From: Neoechinorhynchus agilis
Lineage: Eukaryota; Animalia; Acanthocephala
Length of the DNA stretch: 64,000 bases
Assembly: GCA_051530055.1 (NCBI GenBank)
Contig: CM121341.1
Coordinates: 12,006,784 to 12,070,783 of the forward strand
Direction: 5' to 3'
The notes under the pieces were generated by a model, which made no database searches, was not told the origin of the DNA, and saw nothing but the letters and a program-made list of their open reading frames with translations. The translations under genes and the position numbers were made by a program. This document shows, in pieces, positions 23,683 to 36,477 of this stretch. The number at the start of each line of letters is the position of its first letter. Position 1 is the first letter of the stretch.

Positions 23683-24648
23683 ATGACTGATCGACCAGAG
23701 CCGGATTCATTCAAAGCGGTCACTGATTTGACAATGAGTAACAGTTTGGATGAATGTATCGTCCAATTGTACAAGTGTAAGCCTTTAACCGAAAGTCAAG
23801 TGAATAACCTATGTGATCATGCCAAAACCATTCTTGTTAATGAGTCCAACGTCCAGAAAGTCCATTGTCCAGTCACGATCTGTGGAGATGTCCATGGTCA
23901 ATTCCACGACCTTATGGAGCTCTTTTATATTGGTGGTCGTTCTCCCGATACAAATTATTTGTTTATGGGTGACTATGTCGACCGTGGTTACTTTTCAGTT
24001 GAAACGGTGAGTCTTTTAGTTGCGCTCAAAGTCAGATACCCATCGCGAGTCACCATTCTTCGAGGAAATCACGAATCAAGACAAATCACGCAGGTTTACG
24101 GATTCTACGACGAATGCATGAGAAAATATGGGAACGCGAATGTCTGGAAGCTTTTCACTGACCTTTTTGATTATCTTCCACTCACAGCTCTCATCGAAAA
24201 TCAGATATTCTGTCTTCATGGTGGTCTGAGTCCGTCAGTGGATACCCTGGACCACATCCGTGCAATTGATCGAGTTCAGGAGGTTCCTCACGAAGGACCA
24301 ATGTGCGATCTTCTGTGGTCGGATCCCGATGAACGAGATGGATGGGGAGTTAGTCCCCGCGGAGCTGGATACACGTTTGGTCCAAACACGAGTCAGGTTT
24401 TTAATCACCGAAATAACCTTAGTCTTGTAAGTAGAGCTCATCAATTGGTTATGGATGGATACAGTTGGTGTCACGCGGACAATGTAGTCACGGTGTTCTC
24501 AGCTCCAAATTACTGTTACCGATGTGGAAACCAAGCGGCTATCATGGAACTGGACGATTCATTTACGTATACTTTTATTCAGTTTGATCCTGCGCCCAGA
24601 AGAGGAGAACCGCATGTCAGTCGAAGAACCCCGGATTACTTCTTGTGA
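23683..24648 (+). CDS. PPP2C: Ser/Thr protein phosphatase 2A catalytic subunit, intronless
   Basis: [29 protein letters not shown] and C-terminal RRTPDYFL. Confidence 0.98.
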   Translation: MTDRPEPDSFKAVTDLTMSNSLDECIVQLYKCKPLTESQVNNLCDHAKTILVNESNVQKVHCPVTICGDVHGQFHDLMELFYIGGRSPDTNYLFMGDYVDRGYFSVETVSLLVALKVRYPSRVTILRGNHESRQITQVYGFYDECMRKYGNANVWKLFTDLFDYLPLTALIENQIFCLHGGLSPSVDTLDHIRAIDRVQEVPHEGPMCDLLWSDPDERDGWGVSPRGAGYTFGPNTSQVFNHRNNLSLVSRAHQLVMDGYSWCHADNVVTVFSAPNYCYRCGNQAAIMELDDSFTYTFIQFDPAPRRGEPHVSRRTPDYFL

Positions 24649-24767
24649 TAAGGATTCGATGGATTTGTATCAAAAAACAGTTTTGATAAGAAACGTAAGA
24701 TATTCTTATCTTTGAATTGGCATGAAACTCCTAATTGGTATGATTTGGTGTTATTTAGATGTAAACG

Positions 24768-27700
24768 TGGAAATTTCTTTAAAAAAACATTAGTTAAAAA
24801 ATAAAGAAAATCGTAATTTATTACATTACCAATCAGGAATTTCGAGTAGGTAGCAAACTTTTAACTGGCATGGTTTCGTGTTATTTTCATAGAAACAAAA
24901 GCTACTCAAAAAGTCCATTGATGTTTTGGGGGAAATTTCTTTAAAAAAACATTATTTTAATAATAAAGAAAATCGTAATTTATTACATTACCAATCAGGA
25001 ATTTCGAGTAGGTAGCAAACTTTTAACTGTCATGGTTTCGTATTATTTTCATAGAAACAAAAGCTACTCAAAAAGTCCATTGATTTTTTGTGGAAATTTC
25101 TTTAAAAACATTATTTTAATAATAAAGAAAATCGTAATTTATTACATTACCAATCAGGAATTTCGAGTAGGTAGCAAACTTTTAACTGTCATGGTTTCGT
25201 GTTATTTTCATAGAAACAAAAGCTACTCAAGTCCATTGATGTTTTGAGGGAAATTTCTTTAAAAAAACATTATTTTAATAATAAAGAAAATCGTAATTTA
25301 TTACATTACCAATCAGGAATTTCGAGTAGGTAGCAAACTTTTAACTGTCATGGTTTCGTGTTATTTTCATAGAAACAAAAGCTACTCAAAAAGTCCATTG
25401 ATGTTTTGGGGGAAATTTCTTTAAAAAAACATTATTTTAATAATAAAGAAAATCGTAATTTATTACATTACCAATCAGGAATTTCGAGTAGGTAGCAAAC
25501 TTTTAACTGTCATGGTTTCGTATTATTTTCATAGAAACAAAAGCTACTCAAAAAGTCCATTGATTTTTTGTGGAAATTTCTTTAAAAACATTATTTTAAT
25601 AATAAAGAAAATCGTAATTTATTACATTACCAATCAGGAATTTCGAGTAGGTAGCAAACTTTTAACTGGCATGGTTTCGTGTTATTTTCATAGAAACAAA
25701 GCTACTCAAAAAGTCCATTGATTTTTTGTGGAAATTTCTTTAAAAACATTATTTTAATAATAAAGAAAATCGTAATTTATTACATTACCAATCAGGAATT
25801 TCGAGTAGGTAGCAAACTTTTAACTGGCATGGTTTCGTGTTATTTTCATAGAAACAAAAGCTACTCAAAAAGTCCATTGATGTTTTGAGGGAAATTTCTT
25901 TAAAAAAACATTATTTTAATAATAAAGAAAATCGTAATTTATTACATTACCAATCAGGAATTTCGAGTAGGTAGCAAACTTTTAACTGGCATGGTTCGTG
26001 TTATTTTCATAGAAACAAAAGCTACTCAAGTCCATTGATGTTTTGAGGGAAATTTCTTTAAAAAACATTATTTTAATAATAAAGAAAATCGTAATTTATT
26101 ACATTACCAATCAGGAATTTCGAGTAGGTAGCAAACTTTTAACTGGCATGGTTCGTGTTATTTTCATAGAAACAAAAGTTATTCAAGTCTATTGATGTTT
26201 TGAGGGAAATTTCTTTAAAAAAACATTATTTTAATAATAAAGAAAATTGTAATTTATTACATTACCAATCAGGAATTTCGAGTAGGTAGCAAACTTTTAA
26301 CTGGCATGGTTTCGTGTTATTTTCATAGAAACAAAAGCTACTCAAAAAGTCCATTGATGTTTTGGGGGAAATTTCTTTAAAAAAACATTATTTTAATAAT
26401 AAAGAAAATCGTAATTTATTACATTACCAATCAGGAATTTCGAGTAGGTAGCAAACTTTTAACTGGCATGGTTTCGTGTTATTTTCATAGAAACAAAAGC
26501 TACTCAAAAAGTCCATTGATGTTTTGGGGGAAATTTCTTTAAAAAAACATTATTTTAATAATAAAGAAAATCGTAATTTATTACATTACCAATCAGGAAT
26601 TTCGAGTAGGTAGCAAACTTTTAACTGGCATGGTTTCGTGTTATTTTCATAGAAACAAAAGCTACTCAAAAGTCCATTGATGTTTTGGGGGAAATTTCTT
26701 TAAAAAAACATTATTTTAATAATAAAGAAAATCGTAATTTATTACATTACCAATCAGGAATTTCGAGTAGGTAGCAAACTTTTAACTGGCATGGTTTCGT
26801 GTTATTTTCATAGAAACAAAGCTACTCAAGTCCATTGATGTTTGAGGGAAATTTCTTTAAAAAAACATTATTTTAATAATAAAGAAAATCGTAATTTATT
26901 ACATTACCATCAGGAATTTCGAGTAGGTAGCAAACTTTTAACTGGCATGGTTTCGTGTTATTTTCATAGAAACAAAAGCTACTCAAAAAGTCCATTGATG
27001 TTTTGGGGGAAATTTCTTTAAAAAAACATTATTTTAATAATAAAGAAAATCGTAATTTATTACATTACCAATCAGGAATTTCGAGTAGGTAGCAAACTTT
27101 TAACTGGCATGGTTCGTGTTATTTTCATAGAAACAAAAGTTATTCAAGTCTATTGATGTTTTGAGGGAAATTTCTTTAAAAAAACATTATTTTAATAATA
27201 AAGAAAATCGTAATTTATTACATTACCAATCAGGAATTTCGAGTAGGTAGCAAACTTTTAACTGGCATGGTTTCGTGTTATTTTCATAGAAACAAAAGCT
27301 ACTCAAAAAGTCCATTGATGTTTTGAGGAAATTTCTTTAAAAACATTATTTTAATAATAAAGAAAATCGTAATTTATTACATTACCAATCAGGAATTTCG
27401 AGTAGGTAGCAAACTTTTAACTGTCATGGTTTCGTATTATTTTCATAGAAACAAAAGCTACTCAAAAAGTCCATTGATGTTTTGAGGAAATTTCTTTAAA
27501 AACATTATTTTAATAATAAAGAAAATCGTAATTTATTACATTACCAATCAGGAATTTCGAGTAGGTAGCAAACTTTTAACTGGCATGGTTTCGTGTTATT
27601 TTCATAGAAACAAAAGCTACTCAAAAAGTCCATTGATGTTTTGGGGGAAATTTCTTTAAAAAAACATTATTTTAATAATAAAGAAAATCGTAATTTATTA

Positions 27701-28342
27701 CATTACCAATCAGGAATTTCGAGTAGGTAGCAAACTTTTAACTGGCATGGTTTCGTGTTATTTTCATAGAAACAAAAGCTACTCAAAAAGTCCATTGATG
27801 TTTTGAGGGAAATTTCTTTAAAAAAACATTATTTTAATAATAAAGAAAATCGTAATTTATTACATTACCAATCAGGAATTTCGAGTAGGTAGCAAACTTT
27901 TAACTGGCATGGTTTCGTGTTATTTTCATAGAAACAAAAGCTACTCAAAAAGTCCATTGATGTTTTGAGGGAAATTTCTTTAAAAAAACATTATTTTAAT
28001 AATAAAGAAAATCGTAATTTATTACATTACCAATCAGGAATTTCGAGTAGGTAGCAAACTTTTAACTGGCATGGTTTCGTGTTATTTTCATAGAAACAAA
28101 AGCTACTCAAGTCCATTGATGTTTCGAGGGAAATTTCTTTAAAAAAACATTATTTTAATAATAAAGAAAATCGTAATTTATTACATTACCAATCAGGAAT
28201 TTCGAGTAGGTAGCAAACTTTTAACTGTCATGGTTTCGTATTATTTTCATAGAAACAAAAGCTACTCAAAAAGTCCATTGATTTTTTGTGGAAATTTCTT
28301 TAAAAACATTATTTTAATTATAAAGAAAATCGTAATTTATTG
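24768..28342. repeat. Satellite, about 161-bp unit, about 22 highly similar copies; orphan partial unit at about 28520-28585
   Basis: Unit AAATTTCTTTAAAAAAAC...GAGTAGGTAGC...GTCCATTGATG at 24771, 24933, 25094 and onward. Confidence 0.97.
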
Positions 28343-28344
28343 CA

Positions 28345-28420
28345 TATCAGCATCGCCGTGTTAAGAGGCAACACTGCAAGTATTCGGGCTACAATTGAGG
28401 ACGAGGACGTCTAGGCATAC
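28345..28420 (+). mobile_element. Extreme 3' end of a CRE-like non-LTR element
   Basis: Reads SIAVLRGNTASIRATIED, similar to the SIAxQRGNAASV terminus seen at about 45090-45140. Confidence 0.5.
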
Positions 28421-28589
28421 CGTGGACTTTGGTAAGACAAGACACATAGATCGTTTTTAAATTATTCTTATTGAAGATAAAAATTGTTGCTGCGCATAAT
28501 ATACAGTTTTTATTTGGCAAAAAATTATTAATAAAGAAAATCGTAATTTATTACATTACCAATCAAGGATTTCGAGTAAGTAGCAAAAC

Positions 28590-29730
28590 GACCAGGACAA
28601 TAATACAAAACGTAGTCTTGGCCCAAACAAAGAACTCTAAAGAGTTTCTCAGCTGCTCCGATCTTTTCTCGACATTACAACATTCAAATGCTGTACTAAC
28701 TTTTGTGTTCTGTAATCCTTTTCCCCCAATACTTTCGACGTCTGATCCTTGTGTGTCAATTTCCTTCAAGTATAATTCTGTTTGACAAGAGTTGTCACGT
28801 ACTAAAGCAGCTTTTAGATTTCTAATTGATTCCTATAAGCTTAAATAGGATCTCCGCATATTGGGAAGAAATAAAACAATCGATTGAAGCAACATTTTAT
28901 AACGATAAGATATTGCAAAGATTTAAACAAACAAAGATTTTAAGGCATTAAGTATTTTCGGTTATAACTAAAAGCAATTAATATTTATTCTCAGGGAATA
29001 CAAATAATCTCAAAATGGATTTATATTGTGAAGTCCTTGAAAACGAGAAAAAATATCTTTTTTGCATTTGCAGAAAAACCCGTAAATTCCCAATATTTTT
29101 ATATGAATGTAATCGTAATTCTGTCCATTTGTAAAAACTTTATAAGTATTTTATTTCTACCGCACCGATTTGAAAGACCGCCGACTAAAATATTTCGACG
29201 ATCTTACGCTTTATCATTCAAATACTATCAGAGATCGCGATTAAAAAAATCGTTTTTAGCTGCCTATATATTCGGGAATTTCAATATCAAACAGAAATTG
29301 GTTAACAAAACGACATACTCAAATTTTTAAAACCCTGGCATTTTTAGGAATCAAAGGTCGCGATTTCACTAAGTTCGGTTTGAGTACAAATTGTACTTTG
29401 AAATGACTTTGAATTTATTTGACACTCAAAATTCTCTTTATGAACGCGTGACGTTTGAATGAGTTTTCCTTCGCTCTTACAATTTTCTGTTTGGCAATGC
29501 ATAGTCGTCGTTTCCTGCGAATCGGTCTGAATTAATTTGTGATTATCACATATTATTCGGGCAGCAACACCACGCGAAAAAATAACTTTCTTTGACTCCG
29601 ATAAGGAACGTCGGGAAGTGACGAAACGGTCAATCTCGCACTCAAGACGTTGTGCCATATTGTTAAGCAATTTTATGTCATTAACTATCATCTGAAAAAG
29701 ATTGGAGCAATCAAATAGACAAGGCCGCAA
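28590..29730 (-). CDS. Putative orphan gene with repeated xQT(D/E) motifs; exon structure unresolved
   Basis: ORFs 29344-29730 and about 28563-28830 contain IQTD, HCQTE, CTQTE and NSCQTE. Confidence 0.4.
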
Positions 29731-29949
29731 AGAAAAGGCACTCTGCGATCAGGTCTACTTGTGATAAATTTTATCCCATGATATATTTTTTGAAAACCTA
29801 GATTTCTTATTAAAATCGTTTAACCTTAACGGATGAAAAATAAGAAATCACAGAATAAACAAGGTTCACACCCCGATGAAATTCCAAAGGGTTATAAATA
29901 TGTTTTTATATGGCGGAAAAAATTGATGGAATTGTTAATCAATGGGGAA

Positions 29950-30320
29950 AACATCGCAGTTTGAGTTTATTCGCGAAACTCAACAATTAATACGAATAAT
30001 TCGCCACTTTTCATCGGCGGAGGAACCATCAGTGCCTTTAAACAGGAACTCTAAAGTTGTTCCCTTTTCACATAAGCAAAACAATCCTAATCCCTATTCA
30101 TTTCATTCTCTCCCAACCTCCCCCCATTTTCCATACCATCAATCGAAATGAGAAGGAGGAAAGATGAAACCTCACAAGAATAACCACAAATTTCCACTAA
30201 ACCGAAGGCGTGATCCACTCCATAATCAACAACCGCATGAAATGGAGTGTTTATAAGGACCCAAAAGTTCATTGGTCTTACTCTTTTTATATTAAGAAAT
30301 AAACGTGTTATTATTATAAT
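29950..30320 (+). mobile_element. LINE 3' fragment
   Basis: Degenerate UTR ending AAATAAACGTGTTATTATTATAA, abutting the 275-bp array. Confidence 0.6.
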
Positions 30321-32490
30321 CCGAGATATTTCGGCTTGGCAAGTTAGTTGCTTTTATCAAGGTTGTTTCAATGTCCTATTCACGGTATTCAAGTGCGAAA
30401 AAAACAATTTTCCGCCATGTAAAAAACATGAACAATTCAATCTTTAAAAACATCTACAATACCAATGTGAACTTTTTATATCTGCTTGCAGATAGAAAAT
30501 TGGTTTGGAAAAATGTAATAATTCCAACCTTTAAGAGAGAAACGGAATATAAATATGTTTTTATGTGGCGGAAAATGTGAAGGAATTTGTTGTAGAATCC
30601 GAGATATTTCAGCTTGGCAAGTTTGTTGCTTTTATCACGGGCTGAAATATCTCGGATTCAACAATAAATTCCATCAAATTCTCTGCAATGTAAAAAACAT
30701 GAACAATTCAATCTTTAAACAACGTCTACAATACCAATGTGAACTTTTTATATCTGCTTGCAAATAAAACACTGGTTTGGAAAATCCAACAATTCTAAAC
30801 TTTAAAAGTGGAGTAAAAACGGGTTTTAAATATGTTTTTATATAGCGGAAAATTTGAAGGAATTTGTTGTTGAATCCGAGATATTTCAGCTTGGCAAGTT
30901 TGTTGCTTTTATCAGGAGCCGAAATATCTCGGATTCAACAAATTCCTTCAAATTTTCTGCAATGTAAAAAACATGAACAATTCAATCTTTAAACAACGTC
31001 TAAAATACCAATGTGAACTTTTTAAACCTACTTGCAAATAAAACACTGGTTTGGAAAGTCCAACAATTCCAAACTTTAAAAAGGGAGTAAAAACGGGCTT
31101 TAAATATGTTATTATATAGCGGAAAATTTGAAGGAATTTGTTGTTGAATCCGAGATATTTCAGCTTGGCAAGTTTGTTGCTTTTATCAGGAGCCGAAATA
31201 TCTCGGATTCAACAAATTCCTTCAAATTTTCTGCAATGTAAAAAACATGAACAATTCAATCTTTAAACAACGTCTACAATACCAATGTGAACTTTTTAAA
31301 CCTACTTGCAAATAAAACACTGGTTTGGAAAATCCAACAATTCTAAACTTTAAAAATGGAGTAAAAACGGGCTTTAAATATGTTATTATATAGCGGAAAA
31401 TTTGAAGGAATTTGTTGTTGAATCCGAGATATTTCAGCTTCGCAAGTTTGTTACTTTTATCAGCGGCCGAAATATCTCGGATTCAATAAATTCCTTCAAA
31501 TTTTCTGCAATGTAAAAAACATGAACAATTCAATCTTTAAACAACGTCTACAATACCAATGTGAACTTTTTATATCTGCTTGCAAATAAAACACTGGTTT
31601 GGAAAATCCAACAATTCTAAACTTTAAAAGTGGAGTAAAAACGGGCTTTAAATATGTTATTATATAGCGGAAAATTTGAAGGAATTTGTTGTTGAATCGG
31701 AGATATTTGAGCTTGGCAAGTTTGTTGCTTCTATCAGGACCGAAATATCTCGGATTCAACAATAAATTCCTTCAAATTTTCTGCAATGTAAAAAACATGA
31801 ACAATTCAATCTTTAAACAACGTCTACAATACCAATGTGAACTTTTTATATCTGCTTGCAAATAAAACACTGGTTTGGAAAATCCAACAATTCTAAACTT
31901 TAAAAGTGGAGTAAAAACGGGCTTTAAATATGTTATTATATAGCGGAAAATTTGAAGGAATTTATTGTTGAATCGGAGATATTTGAGCTTGGCAAGTTTG
32001 TTGCTTCTATCAGGACCGAAATATCTCGGATTCAACAATAAATTCCTTCAAATTTTCTGCAATGTAAAAAACATGAACAATTCAATCTTTAAACAACGTC
32101 TAAAATACCAATGTGAACTTTTTAAACCTACTTGCAAATAAAACATTGGTTTGGAAAGTCCAACAATTCCAAACTTTAAAAAAGGGAGTAAAAACGGGCT
32201 TTAAATATGTTATTATATATCGGAAAATTTGAAGGAATTTATTGTTGAATCGGAGATATTTGAGCTTGGCAAGTTTGTTGCTTCTATCAGGACCGAAATA
32301 TCTCGGATTCAACAATAAATTCCTTCAAATTTTCTGCAATGTAAAAAACATGAACAATTCAATCTTTAAACAACGTCTACAATACCAATGTGAACTTTTT
32401 AAACCTACTTGCAAATAAAACATTGGTTTGGAAAGTCCAACAATTCCAAACTTTAAAAAAGGGAGTAAAAACGGGATATAAATAAACTAG
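30320..32490. repeat. Tandem repeat, 274-276-bp unit, about 8 copies, each with a long internal hairpin
   Basis: Identical minus-strand ORFs spaced 276 bp apart (31496, 31772); arms GAAAATTTGAAGGAATTTGTTGTTGAATCCGAGATATTTC / GAAATATCTCGGATTCAACAAATTCCTTCAAATTTTC. Confidence 0.95.
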
Positions 32491-32749
32491 AAATTGAACC
32501 TTAGGTCAATTTAGTGATCATCGCCAAAAATGTTGAAGAAATATGTCGATATGTGAATTACCGTGATAATTGATTAAATTTGTTGTTGGTATTTTCAATA
32601 AAACGTTCTCTACGGAGCGAAGACCAGAACAACAAACTTATCAAGCACAATTCGAAGAGAATGAATGTGGTTTTCCTGTGCAGTGAGTCTTATTAATCCG
32701 TTCAATGTTTTTTTAAAGAATTTCAAGGTAATCGACTCAGCCCTTCGAT

Positions 32750-35700
32750 ATGGTTTCTTCCGCCATAAAACTACATTTGGACTTATTTTTCCGGATGTTC
32801 AAAGGATCAATTGTGGATTTTATGGAAGTGGAAGCTGCGAGGATTATAGAAATCGGTTGCCTGATCGACGAATCGCGATACGATGTCCTCTTAGAAAGAA
32901 AAGACATATCTCCGGATGTAGCCCGATCGCTGATACCGTCCATATCTCGACTCTACGCAAGCCAACGGAATTACGATTACAACCAGAATGAAGAGATGTG
33001 GAATCGGAACAGTCTGGGCAATCGATTGCTTCTAAATTGGCCTTCTAACCCAATCGGATGCTCACAAAATGAAATATTGAACGAAATTTGCGATTATGTA
33101 TGGAACCTTTTGAACACTCATTGGTTAAATCCATCCTTAAGCAGTGATTGTTGTTCGGAGTGTACGACGACGATTGCTCCTATTTGTTTGGCCAAAATCG
33201 GTTTATAGTAGATATGCTGTTTAATTTTAATTTCTACGTTCATAAAGTTGGTTCATCTAGACAATTTTTGTCTATAATAATCCATTTTCCCCAAGAAATC
33301 GATCGCTTTATTGGGTATCGACGATTAGTCTTAAATTTCGGTTTTCTTGACCGTTCCTTGAACATTAGCAAACTTTTTGGAGCAAGTGTCGCTATAATCT
33401 ATGCGATCAATTGTTCGACATAATCTTACGGGAAGCTGAAGATGTTTTCGAAGACGATCTCACAAGTCATGACCGTCTCGGATACATATTTTCTTACATG
33501 CTAATGGAACAAAAGTATCCAATTTTATCATTCTCTGTCCTTCTTCACAACGACCAGTTTTCATATGGATCCATTGTTCGACTATGCGCGAACTGTCCTC
33601 GAATCCGCGGCTGTATTGCTGAGGACATGAGGATTAATGAGAATAAATGTCCAATCGCTAATGCTACGATCGATCGATTAACTCACGCTTTCGATTCATA
33701 CAACCCAATAGAAAGTTCAATTATTTTAAAGCGACAATTTAGAATGGTCCCTGTGTCTCATCATCCATCAGGGTCGTTCATGTTTATTAAAGACGTTTCA
33801 GCCATAACGGGAGATTTAATAGTCGATGCATTGGCTGACCACACTGCGATTATTGTGAATCATCTTCAAAAGGACCTTGTAGATAGAGACGCTGAAGCCG
33901 TTTTTGGATCATTTAAAATCAAAGTACTTCTCAAACAAAGAATTTATGAACCTCTTTTAAATGCAGTTTTGTCCAAAATGGGACGTAAATACTGAGACAA
34001 AAAGAGCATGTACATGCCCTCCTTTTAGTATCGAATGGATTTCGATTTTTTAAACTCAACATTGACAAATTCGACGACGACGTCATGCGTTTTTTCAAAT
34101 GGCTTCGTCTTATTCTGTCCGTTTCTACCACTGAGATGATACAGGACTATCTTGTGGACGTATACCCGATCAACCTAAGCGGAGAGGATTTCGCTCAAAG
34201 GCTTCACGGCCTAAAGGAAGCCGTCAATAACGCAATTGGTGAATTTAAAAGAGACGAAATGCAAGTTAAAATAACAATTGGTGTTCATGTGTGGGCACAT
34301 AAAATCAAAGAACGAATGCACGACATGAACCAGTTGAAAGCGTTCGTCAATCAATTCGCAATTACACGAATTATTGACCATGTCGAGCTGGATCGCTGTT
34401 TTAGAAACGAATATGGACTTGAGAAGCAGGTTCTCTGTTACCTTTACTTGGTAGCTCATCTGACCGAATTGTCAAAATGCCACAGTGAAAAGCATTATCC
34501 ATTGTCGGTGTTCAATAACGTCAATTTCGGAAGATTGATTGATTATTGTCTTGATAATCCTGAACTTTCTAATGTCCATCAACTATTAATAAGGTAAGTG
34601 TAATCTTCTACACGTGTACTATTTAATCAATTCAGCTATGCGACCACGATTACACCTTTACCATTTGATTGCTCACTTCAAATTTTGGCTAAACATTGTA
34701 AGTATTGCGTTTTGAACTAAATTTGGAACTCTCTATGTTTTTACCAGTCTTGGACACATCATTCTGGCTGTGTCGTGCCCTTTTTCGTTCATTAATTTAG
34801 GGCTGACTGAATATTATGAATTGTCACTAGATTTTATGAAAATGTGGAAAAGTCCGTCGGACAAAACGGTCAATTGGGTTCCGCAGCAATGTAAAACACA
34901 GGATTGTATCCACTAAACCTGTATTATCAGCTTTAAGAATGTTCATTAAAATTAAATATGTTTGCATCTCGCGTAAAAATTAAAAGAATTTAGCCATTCC
35001 AATATTTCGGCACAATCTTGGCCTTTATCAAGGTTGCTTGTCTGTTTTTTAATGATGTAAAAAAAGTTACACGAGCTCACATATTTAAAAACTCACAAGC
35101 AAGCATAAGATTGTGCCTAAGAAATATTGGAATCAATAAATTCTTTTCATTTTTACGCCAGATACAAACATGAACAATTCAATCTTTAAACATAATTAGA
35201 TATCTTTGGAACGTTTTTTAGTCCTGTGCTGTTTAATCTAATCAATTTTTAAAGTCACTTTCCCGTACCGATAATCTCTATATTCAGAATAGACGATTTT
35301 TTGGGTGTTACCATGGGTTCATAGAAGCTGGCAACAAGACATGCATTTGCTTTTATGTATGTTGTTTTCCGAATTGTACAATTCTGATAACTTTTTGAAC
35401 AATCTTTCAGTTTGCAACAAATTTAGTTCAGTTCTAATTATAAAAACTTGTACTTTCACAGGTACGTTGCGCTGGTCGAAAGTAAATACTCAATCACAGA
35501 TTGTTCTTAAACTGATTCAAAGACGCGATTCATTGAGTACATTTCACCACATTCGTTTGCTGTGCGTATGGGCTCGAATAGTTTATCTAGTTGGCTTTCG
35601 GTAATATCTTATTTCATCGATCTCCGGCTCATCTTGCACCGTTTTAAAAAGATTTTTTGCTCAATCAATCGATGTAATTCGTCCTCATTATGATCCATCG

Positions 35701-36477
35701 TGTCTACCAACTGGATTGAACTCTTTCAATGCAATTATAATGGACCCATTATCTATCCTTAGAGGAAATCTGGAACTTTTTGGGCGAGTTAATGCTTTTT
35801 AACTTTTAGATTTATTCCATTAAACATAGAAGGAGCGCTCAGAAAAACGATCTGCTCTACCTTGTCTCCTACATCATCATGGAGGTTATCCGAAATCAGC
35901 AAGAGTTTTTCGTCAATGATATTTTGTCCGGTGAACCATCATGTACGCTCACATCTCTGCGTTCTCAGTTGATAAACGTTTTCTCATAGGCGAGGTTTCA
36001 AATGAGCAATGCATTTCGGAACTTTTATCTCAATTCACCAGCACCAGAGTATTTTTTATCAAAATACTAATCGATATTATCGGCCACTTTGTGTGCTCTA
36101 ATGATGACGATTTGAAAGTTGAGGAATATCAGTGCACGGATGCGAGAATCTTGCCTCTTTATGAGCTTATCAATTCTTTATTGGACGGCCAGGATGATGT
36201 TATCAGTGAACTTCATCAAGAGGTACGTTTACACCTATCGAAACTGCTGTTATTTATAATTTTAATCACACATAATAGGAACCTTTTCAATTTTTCAATA
36301 CAGTCCTTCCTTCGCATCGCTATTTTTACAACCATTATAAACGCCGCGATTAACACTGAAATCCCTAAACTAGCTGAAAGGAAGTATCATTTTCTTAAAT
36401 ATTCCTTTAATTGTTTTAAAAGTTTCGGTTTCATGTCGAATAGAAAGAGGGCAAAATTCATGGCAAACATCACTTAA
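32750..36477 (+). CDS. Large multi-exon hypothetical protein, helical-looking; family not recognised
   Basis: Consecutive same-strand ORFs of 152, 194, 170, 99 and 178 aa with protein-like composition and GTAAG donors (e.g. about 34594, 34700). Confidence 0.6.

Noticed and set aside
24768-28342. CRISPR-like array or coding repeat (ORFs at 25032, 25512)
   Set aside because: There are no unique spacers, the context is eukaryotic, and the ORFs are chance products of the satellite unit. The same applies to the 75, 164 and 275-bp arrays.
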